IMG/VR virus record: IMGVR_UViG_2857398645_000001
Reading direction: 5' to 3' (one strand)
From: a virus
Lineage: Duplodnaviria; Caudoviricetes
Length of the DNA: 64,000 nt
In this document: piece by piece, positions 9,801-18,435 of the stretch
Layout of the letters: every line of letters begins with the position of its first letter
Position numbering within the stretch: the first letter of the stretch is position 1
Translations under genes and position numbers: made by a program
The notes under the pieces: generated by a model
The model's input: the letters and a program-made list of their open reading frames with translations, nothing else
The model's database searches: none
What the model was told of the DNA's origin: nothing

Positions 9801-11665
9801 ATGGCCGCGCTCAGCCGGGTGGCCAGCGGGGCGCCTGTGGCCATCGCAGTGTTGATGTTGGTCCAGCCGCGCCGGAAGTTCCCGAGCGTGGTCGCGGCCG
9901 CGGCGGCAGCCCCCGCTGTGCGGTTGATGCCGGTCGTCAGCAGCCCGACCGTGGTCACGACTTTGCCGCCGACCCACACCATGGGGCCGATCGCGGCCAC
10001 GACCATGCCGATCGTGGTGGCGGTGGACAGCAGCTCGGGGTTGGTGTGCGCCAGGTCTTGGAGTCCGACCGTCAGCCACTTCACCCGGTCGGTGGCCTGC
10101 TCCAGCATCCCGGAGTCGCCGATCGCGATCAGCAGGCCCTCCAGGGCGGATTTCAGTTCCGCTAGGGCCCCGTTGAGGCCCTGCATCTGGATGTCGGCGA
10201 TGTCCTGGGCAGTGCCCCCGGCGCCCTCCAGCTCGGTGGTGAGATCCGAAAGCGCCCCGGAACCCTGCTCCAGCAGCGCGGACATGCCCGGCCCGGCCTC
10301 CAGGCCGAAAATGGTGAGCATGTCGGCCGTGGAGGCCCCCGAATGCTCCAGTTGGCCGATGATGTCGACCAAAGGAAGCATCTGCCCGGTGGAGTCAGCG
10401 ACAGACACTCCGAGCTCGTCAAGGGTGTCCTTGACCGCGCCGGTCGGCTTCAGGAGGCGGCTGATCGCCCCGCGCAGCACGGTCCCGGCCTGTTCGCCCT
10501 GGATACCGGCGTTGCCGAGCAGGCCGACCGCAGCCGAAACCTCTTCGAACTGCAATCCGGCGGACTTAGCGACCGGGCCGATGTACTTGAACGAGTCGCC
10601 GAGCATCCGCATGTTGACGTTCGAGGACGTGAACGTCTTGGCGAGGACATCGTTGACCCTGGTCAGGTCGCTGGCGGCGAACCCGTACCCGGTGAGGATG
10701 TTGGAGGCGATGTCGGCCGCGTCCGCCAGGTCCAGCTGGCCGGCTGCCGCCAAGTCCAACGTTCCGGGAAGGGCGGTGAGGATGTCGTTGGCGTCGAACC
10801 CCGCCATGGCCAGGTAGCCCATGGCGTCGGCGGCCTGGGAGGCCGAGTACTGGGTGGACGCGCCGAGCTGCTGGGCCAGGCCCCTCAGCTGGGAGAACTG
10901 GTCGCCAGTGGCACCGGAAACCGCGCGGACGCGGTTCATGGACGACTCGAAGTCCCCGGCGGTGGACAGCATCACCCCGGAGGCCGCCACCAGCGGGACC
11001 GTCATCCTGGTCGTGGCCGACCGGCCGACCGCCGCCATCTCGTCCCCGGCCGACCGCCACGCCCGCCCCGCCTCGGCGACACCTTCGGAGGAAGCGGCGG
11101 TGATCGCCCCACCCACAGCCCCGGACAGGGCGGAGGTGATCGCGGGACCGGCCTTGGCGATGACACCGCCGAGGTCGCGGGTCGAGCGGGCCAGCGCTGC
11201 CGACAGGGCGGCCCCACCTGCCGACCCGGCGCGGGTGCCCTGGGCCGACATGGCGGCCGGGAGGGTGCGCTCGGTGGACTGGGCGACGGCCTGGACTGCG
11301 GCGCGGGTGGCGGCCTGGGTGGAGGCGGTCAGGGCGGCCCCCATGGACCGGTCCACCGCACGGGCCGCCGAGGACGACAGGGTTTCCCCGGCGCGCGCCC
11401 CGGCCGCCCCCATCGCTGAGGGCATGGCGGTGGTGGCGGCGCGCCCGGCCGCCTTCGCGGTCTTCTCCCCCGCCTCGCTGGCGGCCTTGGCGGCGGTGCG
11501 GGACACTTCCCGGCCAGCGGCGTCGGTGATGCCTGATCCGAGGCGGGTGCCGGTGGTGGTGGCGGCTTTCGCGGCGGCGCGGGTCGCCTCGGCCCCCAGC
11601 CGTTTGGAGAAGTCGCGCATGGACGGCAGGACGTTGAGCCAGACGGCGCCGACAGTGGAGGCCAC
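6878..11665 (-). CDS. Tape measure protein (TP901-type core) with C-terminal CHAP-like peptidase domain
   Basis: FESSMNRVRAVSGAT, AADAMGYLAMAG, LGNAGIQGEQAGT; Trp-periodic repeats; PWCAMFVS..GHINIV..GGNESNAV; GTG after GGGAGG. Confidence 0.95.
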   Translation of the reverse strand: MASTVGAVWLNVLPSMRDFSKRLGAEATRAAAKAATTTGTRLGSGITDAAGREVSRTAAKAASEAGEKTAKAAGRAATTAMPSAMGAAGARAGETLSSSAARAVDRSMGAALTASTQAATRAAVQAVAQSTERTLPAAMSAQGTRAGSAGGAALSAALARSTRDLGGVIAKAGPAITSALSGAVGGAITAASSEGVAEAGRAWRSAGDEMAAVGRSATTRMTVPLVAASGVMLSTAGDFESSMNRVRAVSGATGDQFSQLRGLAQQLGASTQYSASQAADAMGYLAMAGFDANDILTALPGTLDLAAAGQLDLADAADIASNILTGYGFAASDLTRVNDVLAKTFTSSNVNMRMLGDSFKYIGPVAKSAGLQFEEVSAAVGLLGNAGIQGEQAGTVLRGAISRLLKPTGAVKDTLDELGVSVADSTGQMLPLVDIIGQLEHSGASTADMLTIFGLEAGPGMSALLEQGSGALSDLTTELEGAGGTAQDIADIQMQGLNGALAELKSALEGLLIAIGDSGMLEQATDRVKWLTVGLQDLAHTNPELLSTATTIGMVVAAIGPMVWVGGKVVTTVGLLTTGINRTAGAAAAAATTLGNFRRGWTNINTAMATGAPLATRLSAAIRSQTLLWNQQATAQGRSVLGMKAYNTWVKIVRGTTLAWTAAQWALNVAWNAHPVGLIITGLVLLGVAIYEAYQHCEWFRDGLNAMGAAIMSVLQPVVWACQVTWDAIVAGWDWVVDASSAAWDALVDGWDALVGVFTDPPSFSEIVTALQDAGAQAADWLKARGDDLVAWAGDLPARFYDAMVDLGQGLMDLLAGILDLDNLTRIGQDIAGWLTGLGDDIIAWATELPGRVGPRVSEIGDAALEWLKELPGKAHEHLTGFAQSIVDRVKSIPGKISEAIDTGAIVEWVDGLKDKALEKLRGLADSAVEWAKELPAKLSSAVDNAANIVDWLAEWGPKILAGLGIAVAVVVAGIPALLLGVAAAVLYVLGVIVFELGKWLTEKFTGLMSLVGQAISSKVSEVGSKFAELRDDMVQTAVDLKNRVVGLFTGLRDDAISRVQGMRDQVVQRAVSLRDRAVSTYADLRNKTVSIFTAVRDKPAQLVATLRDWVAQRASSLRDRTVKVFEDFRAKSIRAFERAQQGIKTAWDKIRSATKKPVQFVVDTVYNNGIRAVWNKVAGLVKMDKLSRMAFADGGTLPGYTPGKDVHRFFSPTGGILDLSGGESVMRPEFTAAVGPGWVNAINSAARSGGTAGVRNALSGMVPHQAFANGGILDRIGSFARAATDGFTGGLKKTAKAALDPLVGETLAAIGGGRMGRFGDAVAKLPKSMISGLTSWLGKVIEPKLGGDFGSMIKLAKSKVGNFGGSDYSNEFTRAFGMNGLPWCAMFVSKIIKDAKVADRYNNIWSAAVASFNGGMKHVPLSERRTGDLATYRGNGHINIVVDRNTTVGGNESNAVRINKGYVNSATAILRPKAMATGGIIDWKDFLLQDRADNTAATTPLLTQALRASIGVPTLYDDGGWLPPGLNLVANATGGPEPVLTREQWADIRADRNREPAAREGHTFHITETRAPRSTARQVVTALRDYEALHPTVR

Positions 11666-11684
11666 CCCCGCACCTCCCCTTTTC

Positions 11685-12108
11685 CTACTGGTCGTGGTTG
11701 CGGGAGTGGGCGGGGGTGAGCCGGGCCACCATCGCCTCATAGCCGTCGCGCAGCGCCTGCGCCTGCTCCTCGCGGGCAGCCTGCTCGGCCTCGTCCGTGG
11801 GGCGCGGCACCGGATCGGGGCGTTTGATCGCCCGCGGATTCTTCGCGTTGACCGCGGCGGTCAGGGTGGCGTGCTCCCGCACCGCGTCCGTGATCGCCGC
11901 CAGCAGGTAGGTGTCATCCGACCAGGTGTGGCCGCGCGCTGACCGGTGCAGCGCGGAGTCCGGCGGCAGGTGCTCCACCAGGACACGCAACTGCCGCAGG
12001 GTGATCTCACCCCGGAAGTACTCGGCTACCGCGTCGCGGTGGTACTCGGCGATGAGCGCCGCCTCCACCGCCTCGGGGTGGTCGCCCAGGAGGTCTAGGA
12101 CCGTGTAG
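11685..12108 (-). CDS. Tail assembly chaperone, second (frameshift) ORF
   Basis: ITLRQLRVLVEHLPPDS motif; open in -1 frame from the CGC CCT codons of the upstream chaperone; boundary approximate. Confidence 0.75.
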
Positions 12109-12433
12109 GGCGCCCGTCCACCAGCTCGTCCTGAAGGCTGGCGTTGACATCGAGGAAGACCAGCATGACGTCAGCGTCACGATGCTCGGGGTGGGCGATG
12201 AACTGCTCGTACTGGTCGCCCAGGATCGCGCGGGCCTTGTCGGAGGTGGTCTTGGCGGCGTCGAAGGCCTCGCTCCACTCGTCGTCGGCGAACAGCGGGT
12301 GCGGGAAAGCGTAGGTTTCCCCGTCCTCACCGTCGAAAGCGACCTTGGCCTCGTCGTCCAGGCCCAGGGTTTCGGTGTACTTGCGGCGCACCGCGGCGAG
12401 GGTGCGGCGGGTCTTGCGGTTCTTCTCAGCCAC
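12095..12433 (-). CDS. Tail assembly chaperone
   Basis: Position; FPHPLFADDEW and ARAILGDQYEQF motifs; ends RPTRS. Confidence 0.8.
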   Translation of the reverse strand: MAEKNRKTRRTLAAVRRKYTETLGLDDEAKVAFDGEDGETYAFPHPLFADDEWSEAFDAAKTTSDKARAILGDQYEQFIAHPEHRDADVMLVFLDVNASLQDELVDGRPTRS

Positions 12434-12450
12434 TCACGGGCTCCAATCGT

Positions 12451-12717
12451 CTACTTCTTCTTGGGGATGGCGGGTTCCAGGTCCGCCGACTCCGGCGAGA
12501 TGTGCAGGGTCTCGGGATCGGGCTCGGTGACGGTCACCTCGGCGGTGGCCTCCAGGCCCCTATAGGTGGCGGTGATCGTCGCCTCACCGGGGGCCACGGC
12601 GGTGGCCGTCCCGGTCTTGTCCACGGTGGCCACACTGGTGTCCGAGCTGGACCAGTCCGCGTCAGCGGTGACATCACCGTGGTTGGTGGTGGCGGTGAAC
12701 TGGCGGGTGGAAGCCAT
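12451..12717 (-). CDS. Stand-alone Ig-like (Big_2) protein, circularly permuted
   Basis: QFTAT..WSSSDTSVATVD..GTATAVAPGEATITATY; own RBS GGAGGG; first-strand-like TLHISPESADL lies at the C-terminus. Confidence 0.85.
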   Translation of the reverse strand: MASTRQFTATTNHGDVTADADWSSSDTSVATVDKTGTATAVAPGEATITATYRGLEATAEVTVTEPDPETLHISPESADLEPAIPKKK

Positions 12718-12800
12718 AGGTGTCCCCTCCAGGGGTGGTGTGCGGTTGGTGGTCGCCCAGCCCACTCACACGGTGAGCCGGACCTCGCGGGGCGCCACCC

Positions 12801-13457
12801 TCAGGAAGAAGGGTCCGGCCGCCCACCAGCGAGTTCACGCCACCCGGGGCCATCCAGCCAATTCAGGACGTCCGTGCCGAACACCGGGTCCATGTAGGCC
12901 TTGACAGTGGTCTCATAGCCGGTCGCGTCAGAGCGCGACTCCTGGGCGCCGCCCACGTCGGTCACCGCGCCGCGCGGGAACAGGCGCGCCCGGACACGCT
13001 CCTGGCCGGTGGTCTTCGACCGGTCAGAAGCGAGGAACAACCACCGCCGGTCAACGGTCGGCGGAACAGCGGGCTTGGCCCACCGCAGCGGCTTGCCCAG
13101 GTCAGTGCCCAGTTCGTCGAACTGCAACCCCTCGTACAGGGCGATGGACACCGGGCTGGTTTCGAGCATGGTGAACTTCGCTGTCTGGGTGTCGCTGTTG
13201 ATGTCGTCGCGCACCGAGGTCGCTTCCTGGGCGGCCTTGGTCTCGGCCAGGTCCCGGTCCCGGTCATGCGTGGTGCCGTCCTCACCGGTGTAGCCCACCG
13301 GGTACCAGCCCTCGGGCAGCGGCTCCAGCTCCCCCGTGTCCGGATCGAACAGCTGGTCAGGCACAGGGGTGGTGTAAGAGGCGACGAACACCGCGGTGAA
13401 CAGGCCCTTGAAAACGAGGTCCTTGTTGACGGTGTAGAGGCTCGCCACGTCGGGCAA
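12801..13457 (-). CDS. Major tail (tube) protein
   Basis: GWYPVGYTGEDG, FTMLETS, YETTVKAYMDP motifs; position. Confidence 0.88.
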   Translation of the reverse strand: MPDVASLYTVNKDLVFKGLFTAVFVASYTTPVPDQLFDPDTGELEPLPEGWYPVGYTGEDGTTHDRDRDLAETKAAQEATSVRDDINSDTQTAKFTMLETSPVSIALYEGLQFDELGTDLGKPLRWAKPAVPPTVDRRWLFLASDRSKTTGQERVRARLFPRGAVTDVGGAQESRSDATGYETTVKAYMDPVFGTDVLNWLDGPGWRELAGGRPDPSS

Positions 13458-13529
13458 AGCGGATCTCCTTGCTGTGAGTCACCCCCGCGGCGGTGTGGCA
13501 GGCACGCAGGGGTCAAGCGGTTTAGGGGC

Positions 13530-13895
13530 TCAGCCATCAGAGCGGGACGCGAGCCGAACGATCTGGAACGTGCGGTACAACTCGGGGTCGGGGTGGGTGG
13601 CTTGGCCGGGGCCTGAGTGCAGCCGCACGTCGTCGACCAGCACGTTTTGGTAGAAGCGGGTTGATAGCGCCACCAGCTCCTCGGTGGCGGCGCGGGTGGT
13701 CGCCCACACCACTTCGGGGTCGGTGTCCAACGCGTCGAGCTCGAACAGGACCGTGGTCTCCCCCGCATGGGTGCTCTGGCCTCCGGGGGCGCGGCGCACC
13801 CGCACCACCGGCAACTCCTCCCGCAGCCGCTCGGCGGCCGGGAGTTTCGTGCACACCCGCACCTCGGGCAGGCGCTCGGCCAGCCACGCGACCAC
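13530..13895 (-). CDS. Tail terminator / completion protein
   Basis: LPVVRVRRAPGG motif; position; start may be about 24 nt upstream. Confidence 0.7.
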   Translation of the reverse strand: MVAWLAERLPEVRVCTKLPAAERLREELPVVRVRRAPGGQSTHAGETTVLFELDALDTDPEVVWATTRAATEELVALSTRFYQNVLVDDVRLHSGPGQATHPDPELYRTFQIVRLASRSDG

Positions 13896-13915
13896 CAGGG
13901 CGGTGAAATCCAGGC

Positions 13916-14209
13916 TCAGAGCACCCTCCCTGAGGCTTTGAGCAACGACAGGAGGCGGGCACGCGCCGCCCCGTCCGCATCCGCGGCAGGTTCGGCGCGC
14001 ACCTGCGCCTCGGGGCGGCCACGGCCCTTGCCCTGGGGTCGGACGCTCTCCGCGACGGTGATCTCCGCCTTCAGGCCGGAGCCGGCCGACAGGGTGCGGG
14101 CGTTGGCCGCGATGTCCTCCGCCCGTTTCCGCAGGGCGTCGCGGACGCCTTTGGACCGCATCGCCTCACCGATGCCCGCATAATCGGGCTGGAAGTAGGC
14201 GTTGCCCAC
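13916..14209 (-). CDS. Neck/tail completion protein (HK97 gp10-like position)
   Basis: GIGEAMRSKGVRDAL motif; position. Confidence 0.6.
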   Translation of the reverse strand: MGNAYFQPDYAGIGEAMRSKGVRDALRKRAEDIAANARTLSAGSGLKAEITVAESVRPQGKGRGRPEAQVRAEPAADADGAARARLLSLLKASGRVL

Positions 14210-14212
14210 GCG

Positions 14213-14545
14213 TCACCCCCTGACATGGCGAAGGTGGATCGCGGTGTGGGTGAGCCGCCCGGTGGGTGAGCGCTGCTGTTCGGGGCGGCCGTGCACCTCG
14301 GCGACGATCCCCCGGTGTTCGAAGGCGTCGGTGGGGTGCACATTGGTGAATCCGCGGATGTAGAGGCGAAAGTGAGCGGTCACCGTGTCCCGCGTGGTGG
14401 TCTCGTCTTCGGAGGAGTCCACGGTCTGCCAGCACACCCCGTGCAGCGGCACGCGCTCGTCGATGTAGACGTCGTTGCCGTACTGGTCCCGCCCGTCGAG
14501 GCGGCGCCGCACCCACGTCACGGTGTCGGACCACAGCAGGCTCAC
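14213..14545 (-). CDS. Head closure protein (head-to-tail stopper)
   Basis: RDQYGND, EVHGRP, LRHVRG motifs. Confidence 0.75.
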   Translation of the reverse strand: MSLLWSDTVTWVRRRLDGRDQYGNDVYIDERVPLHGVCWQTVDSSEDETTTRDTVTAHFRLYIRGFTNVHPTDAFEHRGIVAEVHGRPEQQRSPTGRLTHTAIHLRHVRG

Positions 14546-15054
14546 GGGCGCGCCCCCAGCCGGTACCGGTCTAGGGCGGCTTCGTCGAGCGGGTCAAGGG
14601 CGGTCGCCTGGGCGTAGCGCACGGTGAGCCGGTCCACCGTCTCCGAGACCACACCGGCGGGGACCGACGCGGCGCGCGCCGCCAACCCCACCGCCAGGGC
14701 GGCGAGGTTGTCCGGCACCGGGTCATACCCGGCCGTGTAGTCCACGGTGATGCGGCCGAACCCCTGCGGCCACCCATGCGGGTGGTGAAGCTGGGCGTAG
14801 CGGTGCGACACCCGGTACCCGGCCACTGGCTTCCCGTCGACGCGGACCTCGTGGACCTGGCGCAGCCGCATCGTGTGCAGGGTCAGCACCCGCCCGCCGT
14901 GGCCGTCATACTCCTCACCGTCCACGGTGTGCCGTTCGATCGGCCACCCGCAGCAATCGACGATGTTCTGGCAGGCTGCGGCCAGGAGGGCGGGGGCGTG
15001 CGGCGGGGGCGGCACGTCACTGTGCCGCCCCCAATCCTCCAGGGTGGCCAACAT
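14542..15054 (-). CDS. Head-to-tail adaptor
   Basis: ATG at 15054; GWPQGFGRITVDYTAGYDPVP, ALDRYRL motifs. Confidence 0.8.
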   Translation of the reverse strand: MLATLEDWGRHSDVPPPPHAPALLAAACQNIVDCCGWPIERHTVDGEEYDGHGGRVLTLHTMRLRQVHEVRVDGKPVAGYRVSHRYAQLHHPHGWPQGFGRITVDYTAGYDPVPDNLAALAVGLAARAASVPAGVVSETVDRLTVRYAQATALDPLDEAALDRYRLGARP

Positions 15055-15362
15055 CAGTTGCCTCCCCGCTTCGTGTGCGGGGCGCGGGCCTTGTTGTGCG
15101 CAGGCTCCGCGCTCCCCTGCACCTCCTGGTCGCCGTGGTCCGGGTCGAGGAGCTTGCGGCGGCGCGCCTCCCTCTCGGTCAGCTGCACCTTCGTGCGGTA
15201 CCCGTTCATTTCGACCTCGTAGGTGGCCAGCGGTCCAGGGTTGGTCATGGTGTTCACCCCCTCCCCCAACGAGATGACGCTCGGCGCGGCGCCGGGTGTG
15301 CCGCAGGAGGCATGTCCCGCCCCGCACACCGGACACCGGCCTTTCTGCTGCCGGACGAACAC
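15054..15362 (-). CDS. Small head-region protein with N-terminal CxxC..HxxC
   Basis: CPVCGAGHASCG and NKARAP motifs; alternative start at 15248. Confidence 0.6.
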   Translation of the reverse strand: MFVRQQKGRCPVCGAGHASCGTPGAAPSVISLGEGVNTMTNPGPLATYEVEMNGYRTKVQLTEREARRRKLLDPDHGDQEVQGSAEPAHNKARAPHTKRGGN

Positions 15363-15368
15363 CGGCTA

Positions 15369-15608
15369 CTACTTCTTCTTGGCGGCGTCTTCGAGGGCCT
15401 TGACCCTCTCTGCCAGCGCCTCCAGGTCGGCCCCGGCCGCGTACCCGGGGTGCTCATGGTCGCCGGGCGGGAAACTCGACGGCTTGGACTCGATGTCCTC
15501 CCACTCGACAGGGCCACCGGCCCCGCCACCGGAGGGGACCAGGCCCTCCAGATCCTCCGGCTTCTCCGCGCTGCGCAGGCGGGCCTGGAACTCGCTCATG
15601 TGGCTCAT
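15369..15608 (-). CDS. Small fibre-like/decoration protein
   Basis: VEWEDIESKPSSFPPGDHEH phage fibre repeat followed by a short coiled coil; RBS GGAGG. Confidence 0.6.
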   Translation of the reverse strand: MSHMSEFQARLRSAEKPEDLEGLVPSGGGAGGPVEWEDIESKPSSFPPGDHEHPGYAAGADLEALAERVKALEDAAKKK

Positions 15609-15810
15609 ATGGGGAACCTCCGCATCACTACCGCAAACCTATGATCTGCGACACACCAATCTTCGGAACCGAACTTGAAACACGGGAACACCAGGGCTTT
15701 TAAATGAGGATCAAAACAGCACCACCAATACACCGAAGAAGCATGCACATAGAATCACCCCTGGCGGACAACTCCCACCAGGGAAACCCTCCACACAGAA
15801 AGGACACCCA

Positions 15811-16053
15811 TTGCTGAAAAGCGCAAAGAAATCAGCATCCGCAATCCTCGCCACCGCCAGCATGGCGACCGTCGCACTTATCGCAACAGCCCCGGCGGCC
15901 GCAGCCCACAACGGACCGATCACCGTCGCAAGTGGCTTGAGTGAAAAGCGGTGCAACACCTTGCAGGGGATATACACCCGCTTCGAGCCCCGGTACAAAT
16001 TCGGCTGCGTCCGAACCTTCCCCGACTACAAGCTCGTAAGGTTCGCGAAATGA
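15811..16053 (+). CDS. Small secreted cationic protein (moron)
   Basis: AGAAAGGA RBS, TTG start, Sec signal peptide ending AAA, mature part with two Cys; opposite strand, AT-rich upstream region. Confidence 0.75.
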   Translation: MLKSAKKSASAILATASMATVALIATAPAAAAHNGPITVASGLSEKRCNTLQGIYTRFEPRYKFGCVRTFPDYKLVRFAK

Positions 16054-16099
16054 TCCGCCCAGAGGAAACTCCGGAATGATCTAGAGACCTCAAATCATG

Positions 16100-16140
16100 C
16101 GGGCACCGCCGGAGCCTACGCAAGGCCGCCGGCGGTGCCC
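16100..16140. terminator. Hairpin between convergent capsid and moron genes
   Basis: GGGCACCGCCGG...CCGGCGGTGCCC inverted repeat. Confidence 0.6.
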
Positions 16141-16151
16141 TGCCCGCCGGG

Positions 16152-17477
16152 CTAAGCGGCCAGTTCCACCTTCACGAACGCACTGGGCTGGATCACCGCG
16201 AACGCCACACGGCACTCCGCGAGAATGGCGACCATGTTCCGGACAAAAAAGTCCGCATGCGAATCAGTGACGGTGATAGAGGCGTCCTCGCGGTCGTACA
16301 GGATCGCCTTCTGCCAATCCCCCACGAACAGCTGGCCCTGCGGCACCGCCTCGTTCTCCACCACCGGCAGGTTCCACAAGGTGCCGGTGCCCCCGGCCGC
16401 CACCGGGCCGCCCAGCACATAGCGTCCCTCGTTGTCCTTGATCAGGTCCATCGCCTCAAGGTCGAGCGGGTTGCCCACAATGCCATTGGCCCGCGCGCGA
16501 GCGCCCAGCCGAGCCATCGTCTTCGCGCGTCGAATCGCCTCGATATTGGACCGCACAGGGTCACCCTTGCCCGGGTCGACGTTCAGGACCTGGACGCCGT
16601 CGGTGTTGGCGATACCGCGCAGATTCTCCGAACCGCTGTCATCACCGGAAATGATCTGCCGGTCGATCTCATCTTCCAGGCCGTAGCGCAGGAGGGCGTC
16701 GACCAGGGTGCGCACCTGGGCGGCGTCACTGATCGCGCGTCTGGTCATGGCGAACCAGTGGGCGATGGTCTTCACACCCGTCGAGCTCTGCCGGGTGGTG
16801 AATCCGGACAGCGGCTTCACGCCAGTGTTCGGCCCCGCCTCCTTCGGGGTTTCCACCTGCTGGGACTCGGCCACGAACCGGGCGTTCAGCGACACCGCGT
16901 CGATGTAGGTGTACTCGACCGTGTCGCTCGTGGTGGTCGCCGAGGCCACCAGCTCCCGCATCGTCAGCGGCCGCATGAACGGGTCCAGCCCGAGCTGGAG
17001 GCCCCGGTAGTCCGGTCGGACGAACCCGCCCGCGCTACTTCGGTCCGAACCGGTCAGCAACAGGTCCTTGTAGCCCACCGGGCGGGAATTGATGCGCTGC
17101 TGGGTCCCGAAGTGCGCGCCCGACTTGGACGCCAGCATCTCCTGGAACTCCGCAGAGTCCACGAAATGCTCACCCAGGGACTTACCGCCCAGGTCGGCGC
17201 TCTTGCCTCCCCGTGGCGGGCGCTGGCCACCGTTTGAAGGGCTGTACCCGACGCCTTCCAGATCCTTGATCGCTTCCCGGAGCGCGTTGTCGCCCCGGCG
17301 AGCCTTCACCTGCTGAGCGACGTCTCGGGCCTTCGCGAGGTGCTGGTGGGCGGCGGCCCGCTCGTCCTCGGTCATGTCGCGGCCCGCGTGTTCGGCTGCG
17401 TCCGCGATGTCACTGGCGGCCTTCAGGGACGCCTTCAGCTGCCCCTCAAGGTCGTCCAGGGTGTGGGTGTGCGCCAT
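16152..17477 (-). CDS. Major capsid protein, HK97 family
   Basis: N-terminal delta coiled coil; VKTIAHW, LWNLPVVE, FFVRNMVAILAECR motifs. Confidence 0.95.
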   Translation of the reverse strand: MAHTHTLDDLEGQLKASLKAASDIADAAEHAGRDMTEDERAAAHQHLAKARDVAQQVKARRGDNALREAIKDLEGVGYSPSNGGQRPPRGGKSADLGGKSLGEHFVDSAEFQEMLASKSGAHFGTQQRINSRPVGYKDLLLTGSDRSSAGGFVRPDYRGLQLGLDPFMRPLTMRELVASATTTSDTVEYTYIDAVSLNARFVAESQQVETPKEAGPNTGVKPLSGFTTRQSSTGVKTIAHWFAMTRRAISDAAQVRTLVDALLRYGLEDEIDRQIISGDDSGSENLRGIANTDGVQVLNVDPGKGDPVRSNIEAIRRAKTMARLGARARANGIVGNPLDLEAMDLIKDNEGRYVLGGPVAAGGTGTLWNLPVVENEAVPQGQLFVGDWQKAILYDREDASITVTDSHADFFVRNMVAILAECRVAFAVIQPSAFVKVELAA

Positions 17478-17595
17478 CTGCGCTGTTCCTCGTTCCTGGG
17501 TTGGAGCGAGGCGGCACCGACGGCCGGGCACACCCCCGATGGGGGTGGCGGGGCTGGTGTGGCCTGCATGGTCTGCTTGCTTAAAGGTGGGCGGC

Positions 17596-18426
17596 TCAGG
17601 CCGCCAGGTCGGGCAGGTCGCGGGTCAGCTCGTCCAAGGCGGCGCGCACCGCACCGGCCGCGGTCGCCCCGCCAGGCTCGGCCGACTTGCCGCGCGGGTC
17701 GTCGTCGGCGGGTCGCGGGGAAACGGCGGCCGGCAGGTGGGCGATGGTCTCGGTGAGCGTCTTGACCTGCTCGGCCAGGCCGGTGAGGAGGCGGTGGGTC
17801 TCCTCGGCCCCTGCTGTGCCCGCCCCCGGTCCAGCCACGGGTTCGGGTGTGGTGTGAGCGAGCTTCGCTGTGATCGCCTCGGTGACGATCTCGCGGACCC
17901 GCTCCTCACTCACCCCGGCCGGGGTCTTCACCGATTCGAGGCGTGTCGACTGGTTCGCCCCCACAAGGCACGGGCCGACCTCGAACAGCTTGAGCTCGTT
18001 CAGCGCGTAGTGGCCAGGGGCACCGTCCTTGCCCTCCACGTACTCGCCTCCGCCCTCGGGCACCTCATAGCCGAAACTGAACTGGGTGACCCTGCGGCCC
18101 TTGAGGAGCTTGTAGATCTTGGCGGCCTTGGGTTCGTCCAGGTCCAGGCGCGCCTTGACCCACAGCCCTTCCGGGGTTTCCTTTGCGTCCTCGACCACGC
18201 CGATGTGGGAGTCAGGGTCGGCCCAGTTGTGCGACCAGATCACCGGGATCGGATCGCCCTTCAGGGTCCACTCGGCGAGGGTCTTCTCAAAGGCCCCCGG
18301 GCTGATCTTGTCGCCTACAGAGTCGACGTTGTACGCGGCGACGATCGCCTCGAACACGCCGTCCTCGGTTCCTTCGTGCGTGCCCGCGGCTTTGATCGTC
18401 ACCGGGGCGGACTTCGTGCGCATCAT
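17596..18426 (-). CDS. HK97-family prohead protease
   Basis: NVDSVGD, WSH, FSFGY, EVGPCLVGAN motifs. Confidence 0.93.
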   Translation of the reverse strand: MMRTKSAPVTIKAAGTHEGTEDGVFEAIVAAYNVDSVGDKISPGAFEKTLAEWTLKGDPIPVIWSHNWADPDSHIGVVEDAKETPEGLWVKARLDLDEPKAAKIYKLLKGRRVTQFSFGYEVPEGGGEYVEGKDGAPGHYALNELKLFEVGPCLVGANQSTRLESVKTPAGVSEERVREIVTEAITAKLAHTTPEPVAGPGAGTAGAEETHRLLTGLAEQVKTLTETIAHLPAAVSPRPADDDPRGKSAEPGGATAAGAVRAALDELTRDLPDLAA

Positions 18427-18435
18427 CGTGCGGGG

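Noticed and set aside
12451-12830. Ordinary full-length major tail-Ig fusion by a single frameshift
   Set aside because: The -1 frame hits TGA at 12766..12768 before the Ig ORF, the 0 and +1 frames are out of phase with it, and the Ig gene has its own RBS
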